Positions 38,531-50,814 of a stretch of 64,000 nt of DNA are shown piece by piece. The notes beneath the pieces were generated by a model. That model did no database searches and was not told the DNA's origin. It worked only from the letters and a program-made list of their open reading frames with translations. The stretch's first letter is position 1. The number at the start of each line of letters is the position of its first letter. Origin of the DNA: Lama guanicoe (lineage: Eukaryota); the NCBI GenBank assembly GCA_013239625.1, contig MU054187.1:24182433-24246432 (forward strand), written 5' to 3'. Both the position numbers and the translations under genes were made by a program.

Positions 38531-39005
38531 TTATTTACAATAGCCAAGACAGGGAAACAACCTAAATGTCCATCAACAGATGGCTGGATAAAGAAGCTGT
38601 GGTATATTTATACAATGGAATACTACTCAGCCATAAAAATGACAACATAATGCCATTTGCAGCAACATGGATGTCCCTGGAGAATGTCATTCTAAGTGAA
38701 GTTAGCCAGAAAGAGAAACAAAAATACGTGAGATTGCTCATATGTAGAATCTAAGAAAACAAAAAAGCAAAACAGAAGACAAATGAACTTAAATATATAA
38801 CAGAAACAGACTCAAAGACATAGAATAAAATAAAAACTTGTAGTTGCCAGTGGGGAGGGGGGTGGGAAGGGACAAACTGGGAGTTCATGACTAATAGATA
38901 CCGACAGGTATATATAGAGTAGATAAACAAGTTTATACTGTATAGCACAAGGAAATACAGTCAAGATCTTGTAATGGCTCATGGTGAAGAAGAGTATGAG
39001 GGCGA

Positions 39006-39048
<43 letters not shown>

Positions 39049-39150
39049 TATACATATATATAATATTCATGCATGACTGAAAAACTGTGCTGTACACCAA
39101 AATTTACACATTGTAAACTGACTAAAACTCAATAAAAAATAATAGTAAAT
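38531..39150 (+). mobile_element. 5'-truncated L1 3' end inserted into an L2 remnant
   Basis: ORF 38566-38754 MPFAATWMSLENVILSEVSQKEKQKY, then 3'UTR and A-rich tail. Degenerate TSD taaaaatacttaaa / taaaaatatataaa. Confidence 0.9.
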
Positions 39151-39749
39151 AAAAATATATAAATTTTAGTATAAAATTCAAATGCCTTCCTAGATGTATA
39201 AGCCCTTCATAATTATACCAGAGTATTTCTTGCTGTTTCCTCATCCTTATTCTTAACCACAACTTAACTAAAGCAAGTGCAGTCACCTGAGTGGGCACTG
39301 CAAGTTTATGCATTACCACCTTTGCATAGCATTTTGCCTCTTCCTGAAACTCTGACCCTATCTTCTATTTCATATTGCTAACTGCTAATTGTCCTCTGAC
39401 ACTCAGCCCAATTGTCACCCCTCTTGGTGTTTCCCAAGGTAACAATGGGGATTTATATCCCCCTCTTTGGAAACACTTAATACCCACCTCTATAGTGCTT
39501 AACACAAAGTACTATTACCATTCTTCAATAAATAACAACCTTTTATACTAGTCTTTGTGTCAACAGAAACTGGTAGAATGCTGATAAATAGTTGCTCTCA
39601 AAAATGTTTTAACAAAAGAATGTAAACATGACTCCTTCAGATATCAAGAAAATTCTTCCAGAATATACTCTTCTGCCAAGATTCACTAAGCTAAAATGAA
39701 AAGATAAATGTAATAGAATAGGATCAATAACAGAAATTCTGATCACTTT

Positions 39750-40235
39750 TTTAAACAAAAGTTTTCCATTTACAACAAAATTGAGAGGGAGGAACAGAGA
39801 ATTCTCACATACCCTTTGCCCTTCACACATATATGTCCTCCCTATCATCAACATCTCTCACCAAAATGGTACATTTTCTACACAAAGTCTGTAGTTTACC
39901 TTAGGGTTCACTCTTGGTCTTGTGCATTCTATGGATTTGGACAAATATGTAATGAGACCTACTTACCATTATAATATTATGCAGAGTATTTTCACTGCCC
40001 TAAAAATCCTCTATGCTCTGCCTATTTATTTCTTCCTCTACCCTAATCACTGATTTTTTAATTGTTCCCATAGTTTTGCCTTTTCCATAATGTTATATAA
40101 TTGGAATCATACAGTAAGTAGCCTGATTGGCTTCTTTTACTTAGTAATATGCATTTAAGTTTCTTCAAGACTTCTCATGCCTTGATAACTCATTTCTTTT
40201 TAGTGTTGAACCATACCCCATTGTCTGGATGTACT
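39750..40235 (-). mobile_element. Old L1M 3'UTR fragment
   Basis: ttagggttcactcttgg...attctatggatttggacaaat...attttcactgccctaaaaatcctc...ttggaatcatacagta. Confidence 0.75.
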
Positions 40236-40536
40236 ATGATCATTACATTTTTATTATGTGTACTCTCTGGTTTCACCATCTTTTCCATTCCAGCAACTTG
40301 TGAAACTATTATACATAACACCTACTATATATTTTTTTCATAAAATGCAACTGAGCAACATGGTCTCTTCTTCTAGTAAGTTTACTATTGTTTTTCTGAA
40401 CAGATAATAAAGATTGAATAATACTCAATACAAATTTTCTAGCACATAGCAGTATATCAATCAAAAAATAAATAAGTTCTGTCTCCTTTTCTTTCAAAAG
40501 AATACCTTTCCTTAGTTATAAATTATAACATAAAAA

Positions 40537-40835
40537 TAGAAAGACAACTCATAGACATAGAAAACAAACTTATGGTTATCAGGGGTGAAAAAAGGGGGGA
40601 GAAATAAATTAGAAATCTAGGATTTGAGGCTAATAGCTACTATATATAAAATAGAAAAACAACAAGGTCTTAATGTTTAGCACAGGGAAATATATTCAAT
40701 ATCTTTAAATAACCTATAATGATAAAGAATACGAAAAATAATATATATTTATAATTGAATCACTATGCTGCACACCAGAAACTAACACAACATTGAAAAT
40801 CAACTATACTTCAATTAAAAAAATTAATTAAAAAG
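40537..40835 (+). mobile_element. Short L1 3' end
   Basis: actcatagacatagaaaacaaacttatggttatc...accagaaactaacacaacattgaaaatcaactatacttcaattaaaaaaa. Confidence 0.88.
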
Positions 40836-41069
40836 CGAAAATAACTTTAAAACATGTTGCAGTGTTTTATTTTCTTCTATGGGTATCCTAAGCTATAGAC
40901 AAACCACAGAAGATATAACATTATGTATGACTTCTTTATATATCTTACATTTATGCATTCAAACTCGAGGCAAGAAAACATATTAAAATGCTATAAAAGA
41001 CAAGAAATTGATTTATAGTGTAAGGAAATAGTTTTCTTTTTCTAACATAATATTCTCTTTCAGAATTCA

Positions 41070-41925
41070 TCAGTGCCACAAACTTTTCTAGACATTAGGA
41101 GAACAAAACAAAGTCACTGCTCTCATAAAGCTTTATACAGTATCAAGTGATGATAAAACTTAGGCTAAGGGGAAAAAAGTGGTGAAGCATGAGGCATAAT
41201 GTTCCATAAGGAAAACTACCTAATAATTGAAATTGACTCAGAAAGATGACCTAAAGTGGGTGAGTGACAGTCTATCATACAGCCATCCGGTATAAAGTAG
41301 TGCAAAAGGAATAAACAACAATGCAAAATCCTGAGGACAAGCTTGATACGTTTAAGGAAATGCTAGAAAGCCAATGTGGCTAGAGTGGGGTAAGTGAATA
41401 GGAGAGTGGTCAAATAGGAGATCAGTTTGATAACTTGGGGTCAGATTATTTAGATTATTACTTTGTGGATCATTATTAGAACGTTGGCTTTGAAGTTGAA
41501 TGAGATGAGAAGCCTTTGGCATAGTATGATTTAAATTTAAAATATCACCTTGATTGCTCTATAGGTAGAAGATTGTAAGAAGAGCAAGAGCAAAGATGGA
41601 AACAAAATCAGTTAGGAGGCAATTGTAATAATCCATGCGAGAGATGATGGTGGAAGTTTGAAAAACTCTCCTAAAGAGCTGGTAGTCTGGACATAGGGTA
41701 TGAAAGAAAGGATCATCAAGGATGATTCATCGTTTTGGTCTGAGCAATTTAATGAATGGAATTTCAACTTACAGAAATGGGAGAATTCCAAGAGAGAACA
41801 TGTTTTGAGGCATGGGATTCAGTGGGAGTTTCTTATGCATGATGGTTTGAAATGACTATTAGGTATCTAAAATATTAGGCAAGTAGTTGAGTTAGGAGGA
41901 AAGGATTAACCTGAAGATACAGCAA
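41070..41925 (-). mobile_element. L2 remnant
   Basis: aagccaatgtggctagagtg...gttaggaggcaattgtaataatccatgcgagagatgatggtgg...tttggtctgagcaat. Confidence 0.65.
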
Positions 41926-42117
41926 TCACAGCAGACATTATTGATGCCTGTCCACATCCTCTCAGCACCAATCACTTGCATTTGCATTTGTCCAACTTCT
42001 ACCTGTAACTACTTGTGACTCATCTTAAGAGTTTCTCTGGCCATTGAATTGCCTGTACATGTGACAGGCTGGAAATACCAAAGTCCCCTAGGAATGGGAT
42101 AAATCTGAAATATCCAA

Positions 42118-43470
42118 TAAATAAACCCACTCACCTATAGTCAATCGATAAAGGAGGCAAGAATATACAGTGGAGAAAACATAGTCTCTTCAACAAGTGA
42201 TGTTGAGCATGGAAAAGAATGGATTTAGAACTTTTCCTCATACCATATATTAAATTAAACTCAAAATGGTTTAAAGACCTAAATATACAATATGACACCA
42301 TAAAACTCCAGGAAGAGAATATAGGCAAAACATTACCTGGCATAAATCATGGCAATATTTTCTTAGATCAGTCTCCCAAGGCAAAAGAAATAAAATAAAA
42401 AATAAATAAGTGGTACCTAATCAAACTCTAAAACTTGCACAGAAAAGAAACCATCAACAAACCAAAAAACCATCTATGGAATGGGAAGAATATTTGCAAA
42501 AGCTGCAGATTAACACCCAAAATATACAAACAGCTCATACAACTCAATATAAAAAAAAAGTCAAAAATGAGCAGAAGATTTAAATAGACATCTCTCCAAA
42601 GAAGACATACAGATGGTCAATAGGCACATAAAAAGATGCTTTAAATTGCTAATTATTAGAGAAACACGAATCAAAACCACAATGAGGTATCACCTTACCC
42701 TGATCTGAATGGCTATGATCAAAAAATCTACAAATAATAAATGCTAGAAAGGGTGTGGAGAAAAAAGAAACCTCTTACACTGTTTGTGGGAATGTAAATC
42801 TGTACAGCCACCATGGAAAACAATATGGAAGTCCTTAAAAAACGAGAGCTACCATTTGATCCAGCAATCCTAAACTTGGGCATATATCCAGAAAAAATGA
42901 AGTCTCTAATTGGAAAAGATACATGCACCACCATGTTTATTACAACACCATTTACAATAAACAAGATATGGAAACAATCCAAGTGCCCATCAGCAGATTA
43001 TTGGCTTAAGAAGATATGCTAGGTATATACAATGGAATAGCACTCATACTTAAAAAATAAAATATTGCCATTTGCAGCAACATGAATGGACCTAGAGAAT
43101 ATTATACTTAGTGAAATAAGTTGGACAAAAAGACAAATACTATATGACACTCCTTATGTGTGGAATCCAAAAATAATACAAATGAATTTAGATAAGAAAC
43201 AGAAACAGACTCACAGACATAAAAAACAAACTTATAGTTATGAAAGGGGAGAGGGGAACAAATTAGCAGTATGGGATTAACAGATACAAGCTACTATATA
43301 TGAATTAGATAAACAAGAATTTACTGTAAGTACTGAAAATTATATTCAATATCTTGTAATAACCTATAATGGAACACAATCTGAAAAAACCTATAAATAA
43401 ATCACTTTGCTGTACACCTGAAACTAACACAATATTAAAAATAAACTTTATATCAATTTTTTTAAAAGAG
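42118..43470 (+). mobile_element. LINE-1 ORF2 3' end and 3'UTR
   Basis: ORFs ELPFDPAILNLGIYPEKMKSLIGKDTCTTMFITT and MDLENIILSEIS; full 3'UTR. Confidence 0.92.
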
Positions 43471-45398
43471 TGTCAATGCCTCTACTCTGGTAAAATAGTG
43501 ATGACTACAAAAGAATTATGGGATTGGGCAGCAGAAGAGCGTGGGAATTTCAGAAGTTCACTTCTCAGTAGGTAAAAGTGCAAATGAAAGCTCAGTTTCA
43601 AACTCTTTTTGCTACTGAGTTTTTCTGTCAATTATCTGGAAATATCTGCCTGATAATATTATACTATTATCTCCCAAAAGTCTTTTCTTGCCTGAAAATC
43701 TTTGATTCTGTTAACCACCCAACTCCTTCTCAACAAGTAAAGAGGAGGAATATAATAATTCAAAGACAGAGATTGGTGTAGTAATGTCTTTTAGAAAATA
43801 CAAGGAACGGAATACAAAAATGTTTTACTTGTTGCTTTGTTGTTTGTGGGTTTTTATTCGTTTCTGCAGAGTAAAGGCTTTCTACATCACTCAAGCATAA
43901 ATACATTTTTATATGATTTGGTATAATTTATATCAATATAATTTAAAATGCCTAATAAAGTAGTCTTCAAGTTAGATTGCTACTGATTCAAGCCCTGAAG
44001 TTTACACCTGGATGGACATGATTCATCTCACCAGTAAAGACACAATATTTTCAGTCTCTTTAAAAATAACAGCACATCCCAAATGAATTAAACAATAAGG
44101 AAAACAACAAAGGTTTGTATGATGAACATTTACAATCATAACTAGTCTCTGGTGAGATTCATTTCTGTGGTTCAAACAAAGCAAACAGCAACTATTTCTC
44201 ACCTCACTTCTCTGCTGGCTCATTCTTGGAAGGATTTATATATATAAATATATATGTAGAGAGAGAGAGACAGAGAGCACTCAATTGAATGATTATCTCA
44301 CGCATCAGAAGAAAAAAGTATGAGAAGAGGAATAAAAACCTTTTCTACTTATTAAACAAATATCTATTGAACATTCAAGCTTATGTACTAGGCCTTAGTA
44401 ATGCTCCCAAAGAATAAGGAAGAATATATCCTGCTTACTAAGAGCATACACACTACAAGAAGGTAGACAAAAAATAAAAAGAACAGATTGACTAATAAGT
44501 TAGATAACAAATAAAACACAAATAATATCAAGATGGAAGAAGTGCTATGCTGAAAAATGAAATAGGGAGACGCAATGGAGAGTTACTAATGGCTGCTGTA
44601 GACTGGTAGTCAGAGAAGCTCTCTCTGAGCTATAAAATCTAAGTTGAGTTCTAGATGACAAGACTGAGTCAGTCCATCCAAAGATCTGGGTTAAAAATAG
44701 ATTCAGAAGGAAGAGGTTGTTCAAAGAACCTAAACTCTGATGTTTCTGGAACAGAAAGAAGAACACTGTGACTACATTGTCTTGGAAGAGCGGAGAATTA
44801 CATTCTGCAAAGTTGAGAACAATAACAGGGGAGAGATAATACTGGGTTTTATAGTCAGAATAAGGAGTTATAATTTAGTTCTGAGCATAGCTTAAGGAGG
44901 AAAATGATATAATCTGATTACTGTCTTAAACAGCTATTCAGTGTAAAGACTGGATAATATACAGTGAGGTGGAAGCAAGAGGACTAAACAAGACTATTGT
45001 TTTAGCCCACTTAAAATATAATCATCACTTAAAAGTAAGTAAAAAGATTGATGGAAGAAACAGGAGGATTTGTCACAAGTAGAGTCAGCAGTACCTGTTG
45101 ATCTTTTTGATAAACAGAATGGGCTAAACAGAGGAATCAGAGTTAACATTTAGATTCTTGCCTAAGCTAATTTGTAGAGTAAGGGATCATTTACTTGGTA
45201 TAGGAAAGAATGAATGTAGAATGCATCCATGTGGCAACGTTCAGAAGGGAGTTGGATATGAACCTGGAGTACAAGGAAAAATCATGAATGCAAATACAGA
45301 TTTTGGAGTCATAAGTACATAAAAAGATATTGAAAGACATAGAAATAAATTTTGCAGTCCAATGATGGATGAAGCCAAACCTTGACAAATTTTATCTG

Positions 45399-45402
<4 letters not shown>

Positions 45403-45443
<41 letters not shown>

Positions 45444-45821
45444 ATATCTATTTATCTATCTATCTATGAAGAGGTCATAGAATAAATGTTAAACTAAGAA
45501 AGAGGAATCATCAAAAGGCATGAAAAAAGGAACGAGATTATAAAAGGCAAGATAAGAAGACATTCTTTCAACAAAGAGGTACTGGTTAATTGGATCAGAC
45601 ACTAATGAAAGAAGGGCATCTAAATAAATGATCATTGGGTTTAGCAACATCAATATCACTGTTAACCTTAAGAAGAGTGATCCTAGGGGTGTGATGGGGC
45701 AGAAACCAGAGTNNNNNNNNNNNNNNNNNNNNNNNNNNNNNNNNNNNNNNNNNNNNNNNNNNNNNNNNNNNNNNNNNNNNNNNNNNNNNNNNNNNNNNNN
45801 NNNNNNNNNNNNNNNNNNNNN

Positions 45822-45862
<41 letters not shown>

Positions 45863-46131
45863 ATATCTATTTATCTATCTATCTATGAAGAGGTCATAGA
45901 ATAAATGTTAAACTAAGAAAGAGGAATCATCAAAAGGCATGAAAAAAGGAACGAGATTATAAAAGGCAAGATAAGAAGACATTCTTTCAACAAAGAGGTA
46001 CTGGTTAATTGGATCAGACACTAATGAAAGAAGGGCATCTAAATAAATGATCATTGGGTTTAGCAACATCAATATCACTGTTAACCTTAAGAAGAGTGAT
46101 CCTAGGGGTGTGATGGGGCAGAAACCAGAGT
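45403..46131 (+). repeat. 310-bp direct duplication on both sides of the gap (45403-45712 and 45822-46131); likely an unmerged contig overlap
   Basis: (tcta)n-tgaagaggtcatagaataaatg...gggcagaaaccagagt is identical on both sides, offset 419. Confidence 0.95.
45713..45821. other. Assembly gap (109 N)
   Basis: Run of n. Confidence 1.
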
Positions 46132-48629
46132 ACGATAGGCTGAAGTAACTAAGTGGATGCAGTGACTACGGTAACTCCACCAGAGAGAGGGTTATTTACT
46201 TAAGAATGGAGATCATGTAAGTAAACTGGTGAAAATTACATTGAGCAAAAAATTATTGGGGAATTTATTAGTCACAAGGTATGTAATTTCGTCCTTCATC
46301 ATTCATACATTTGGATTAATACAATGTGTCGTATGCAGTGCCGGATGCTCTCTTAAAACAGATAATTGTGGAAGCTGTACATATAATCTAATATACACTA
46401 AATAAAAGCAATAATTCTTTAGGTTGTTTAACTCTTGTTTAGCTTCTCGGAATCTGCATGTTGTGGCATTCACTTTTAATGTTTAAAGTTTTAATTAGAA
46501 GGAATAAAAGAGTGAATGAAAGTCCTAAAAGAAAGGAGGAGGACACAGAACAGAAATAAAGAAGAATGTAAAAACATGCCTGCAGTTTCTTCCTTAACAA
46601 TTTTGTTTGCAGGCTGTTGTGTCCTATTATTATACATTTTGGAGGCCATGAACTTCACTTGAGCTAAAAATTTGAGGTTCTGGGTTTGAATGTTAGTTTT
46701 GCCACATAATCTTTCTGAAATGAAGCTTTCATATTAGAGAAAAGAAAGAATATTATCTCTAGTAAACCTACTTCTCATATAGAATTTTGTGATGATTTAA
46801 CAAAGTATGGTATTATACACATTAGGAAAAAGAAAGTTTGAACAGAGGCTTGGTAACTCTAAATTTGATAATATTACATACTATACTGAGGTACACAGTT
46901 ACTCCAACTTATCAAATGAAGAGTTGATTCACTTCCATTATGAATTCACAGATTTTAAAATCCTATATTCCTTATTGAATTGTACTTGATGAAAACTAAT
47001 TTCTTAGAATTTTGGTTAAAACAGTATATCACAATGATATGACTCCTCCGGAAATTTATTTGACCTATTCCACAAACTTTAAAATGAATCAAATACTCCT
47101 TTGTTTCTTGATACACTGTGTGCTTCTCAATATCAGAGTGAACACTGAACTGTACTCACAGAAGAAATCTGAGTGTGACAGCTCCTTAGTTCATTGACGC
47201 TTCCTAACTCCTTCCCCACTGACACCTGCTCTGGAACTCTAGACTGCCCACTCAACGCTCCCACCACCAAAAGCGCTCTGATGGCTGCTATGTCAGGCAG
47301 TGTGCCATAAATATTAACGCAAGCTGTAGAGAAATTCCTGTAAATGAAGATTAAAGGAAACCACTTTGTAATTGGCTGAGCTAAGGAATTCATGTACCTT
47401 CTAACAACATAAATCAACTTACACTGACTATTTAATTAAGAATTTCATGTTCTGCCAGTCCAGAGAGGGTCACCAAGGACAAGATATAAAAGGTAAAAAA
47501 TTTCTACCAACCTCCATATTACTCTGAGAATCAAAATATTGTCACATTAGTGAATATAATTACTGAGACAGCATCACTTTTGAGAAGGTAAGAAAAAATA
47601 GTAATTTTTCTCTCTGTATATATCGCCTGTCTTCCCTCTGCAGTCTACTACATGTACTTTTATGTACAGTAATATAATAGAGCCTGAATCTCTGGTAAAA
47701 AATGACTTATATTTATACAATATCACTGCTTTTCATAACTTTATATTTAAATGTATAAAATGTACTGTGAATTTAAACCAAACAATAAAATTCTCAGTCC
47801 AGGGGATGGATTATAGCCAGAATAATTTAAATGGCAATTAAAATTCATTTAGCATATCTTAATATGATTAATATAATCTTCCACTAAATGTTTCCTGATT
47901 ATTTCACTGAACAGTGAGAAAAAGTTCTTTACTACATCTGGAAAACACTGATAAATATAGCTTATATGTAGGGATGAAATTGAATTAATATAAGAAATGT
48001 TGGGAGATATAAAGAATTATGAGCAACAGCCACACTCTATTAAAAGCGGTAAAAATTACTAGTCTTGTCAGTCAACTTAAATTTTTATTTAAAATGTATC
48101 TATTTCTGAAATGAAGTTGATATTTTAAATAAATATGCAAAATATGTCTGTAAGATTCAAAATCTTGTTTTTATTTTTATAGTCTTCCTTAGCCTCTAAG
48201 CCTATCTGTAACTAATAAGCTGGTCTAGAACTAGTATTTCAAGGTTAATGTAACCAGGGAGGAAGATGCATTGACCTGGCAAAGCTACTTCTGGTCCTAA
48301 TCTGTGAATTTCAAAGACTGACCTGGTTAATATCAGGACTAGCAGTTAAAGGCACATCTTCTATTCCAAGTTTGAGCATAAGAAAAGAGAACAACATTAA
48401 AAATTAAAATCAATTTGAATTCCGTAGAACACTTTTGGGTATTGAAGAATTTATTTTCTACAGACTAACAGTGAAAGTAGTATAATATTGTATTAACCCA
48501 GAGACTTTAGAGTCACATTACCTAAGTCCCTAATTAGGTTCCAATTATTAGTTGTGTGATCTTGACTAAGTTAACCCTCCTTGGTCCCCATCTTCTCATT
48601 TATAAAATGGAGATGATTGTTGGAATTAC

Positions 48630-49500
48630 TTTTGCAGAGACTGCTAATTGTCTCATTATCATTTCCCCCCTTCCTTTAAAGTAATACATTCAATTTTCAA
48701 CTGAGTACATCCTCACGTGGGGAAAAAAAAACACATTTCTCAGACTCTCCTCCCCATCAGTGTGGCCATGTCAGTAAGTAACAGCAAATGAAATGTGAAC
48801 AGAAGTGATGTATGCAGTTTTCAAAAAGCATCTTTAAGAGCAAAGAAAACCCTTCACGATTCCTTCTCTACTTTCATTGGCTGCAAGGCAGTCATTGTGA
48901 CCTGATCCAAAGCATATATGTTGGACTATGAAGTGTGCATGGGAATAGAAGTCACACTCATTAAAGTCACATGGATCCTTGTTCACTTACATGATACAGC
49001 ATCATTCCAGCCCTTAATATCTGTGTCAATAAGAGCAAGCCAAGGACAAGGCTTAAAATAAGAAAGGTTTATTTCCTGTCCATGCTACTTTTCCATCATG
49101 GGTCAGCTAAAGGTTCTGCTCCATGATGACCTGAATCAGAGGTCTAGGATGATGGAGGCTTCCCAACATTAGAGCATCATCCGTCAGAGCTAGAGGAAGA
49201 GAATAAAGTGAAATGTGTACCAGGTTTTACAGGCTTCTTCCAAGAATGACACATCAATCCCACATATGTAATTGTTTAAGACAAGTCATATGGCCATGCC
49301 TCACATCAAAAGCATGGAGAAACCTGCCGTGCTGTACCTGGATGGAGAAGAAACATAAATTTCAATGAAGAACACTAAGGATGACCACAATCTTTTACTG
49401 TGGGGTATTTAAGTGAGAAAAAAAAGTTCTCCTTGTTTAAGACATCATTACTTTGTGTCTCTTACCCTTCATAATTGAAACTAATCTTAACTAAAATGTA
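48630..49500. mobile_element. MLT1-type MaLR LTR remnants, probably one nested in another
   Basis: acatttctcagactctcc...gtggccatgtcagtaag...aaatgtgaacagaagtgatgtatgca; gacaagtcatatggccatgcct; ccttgtttaagacatcatta. Confidence 0.55.
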
Positions 49501-50371
49501 ATCAGATAGTGTTGGTTATAAAGACTGAAAGGTGAAATACGTTAAGTGCCTGGAACAGTCTAGCACACGATAAACCCTGGATAAAAGTAAGCCACAACGT
49601 CACCATCTTTATTACATTAGAGCCCCACACTCCCTAGAGATACATTTTAAGCTGTGAGTAGAAAACGAGCACTCCTATTCCATGCATCTGACATCACTAA
49701 GTCAAAAATCATTGTCCAGAAATTAACTGTGGGAAAAATAGCGTGTCTGGCAGTTGGAGGTTTGACAAGAAAGTGGGGTATAAGGAAGACTTCCTGCTGA
49801 AACGGTCAGTGCTTCTCAGTTGGAATATCTTAGGAGCCTGTTTCAGAAGAACGTGATTAAGTACTTTTTTCTGTGCCAGAATGCAGTATCGCAAAGAAAT
49901 CATAGACCTACTTACAAGTGCAGTTGCCTTGCTTACTGCAGTTTGTCAAATGTTCTTCTCACAGAGGAAAAGTCAACCTCCACAAAATTTCAAAGTACAT
50001 TTTTCACTTCCATACAGGTACACACAGATTTTTCTGACTTAACCCTAAGAACTCAAAATCTTTGAGAATCTGAAACTATATACCCTTTGAGAAAAGTTTA
50101 GGACCTCAGGTTTAATTCTATAACATAGTGTGTCTTTCTAACAAACTCTTGAAGCAAGGAATATGAGCAAGGAATGAGCAAGGAAATTTTGTTTCCTTTT
50201 GCTTCATTCCTCTGGTACCATTATTTTCTCTATTTTTACTTCAAAATTAACTGTTACTTTTATCAAAATAAATATATAAATCTCTTCCTAAGCGGCTAGA
50301 TTACTACATCCCCTCTTGTGTCAAGAAAAGAAGGGATGTCACATCCCTACATCTCAGGATGCACATCACAC

Positions 50372-50814
50372 TGTCTATATTTCACAGACATTATTTATTT
50401 CATTTTATTTTTGTCCCATTCTTAATATCTATCGAGTCAATCAGAGTTCAGATAATAGAAATTACTCTAGATATTTTAAGCAGAAAAGTTTTAAAAGGCC
50501 TAAATGATTTCAAAATCACCAGATGTCTAAAGAAGTAAAAGTTAGGGAGTTACCACTCTGCTTCTGATTGCAAGAACATACAATACTATAGCTGCACCTG
50601 GTCGAGAGGTCAGGAACTGGCTTCTGTCTTAATCACTACACTGTTGATGTCACAGCTTCTTCAAATCCATAAATACGGTAAAACGGAGGAGAACATGGAA
50701 TCCAGCTGCTCCCCAGGCCCACTTGTCCAATCAGACCATCCCAGAATAGTCTCCACTTCCTCGACACCTTCCAAATGCAGAAAGATTAATCCCATTAAAA
50801 GAACCAAAACTATA
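50372..50814 (+). repeat. Left arm of a 443-bp inverted duplication (mostly old LTR-like sequence)
   Basis: Reverse complement of 57976-58418; no mismatch seen by eye. Confidence 0.95.

Larger units (their letters stand above)
44350..46160 (-). mobile_element. L2 remnant containing a (TCTA)n repeat and the assembly gap
   Basis: aacaaatatctattgaaca...gtagtcagagaagctctctctgag...cattgggtttagcaacatcaatatcactg. Confidence 0.55.

Noticed and set aside
45403..46131. 310-bp direct repeat as a real tandem duplication
   Set aside because: The identical copies abut both sides of the N gap and start in a (TCTA)n microsatellite, the usual signature of an unmerged contig overlap.
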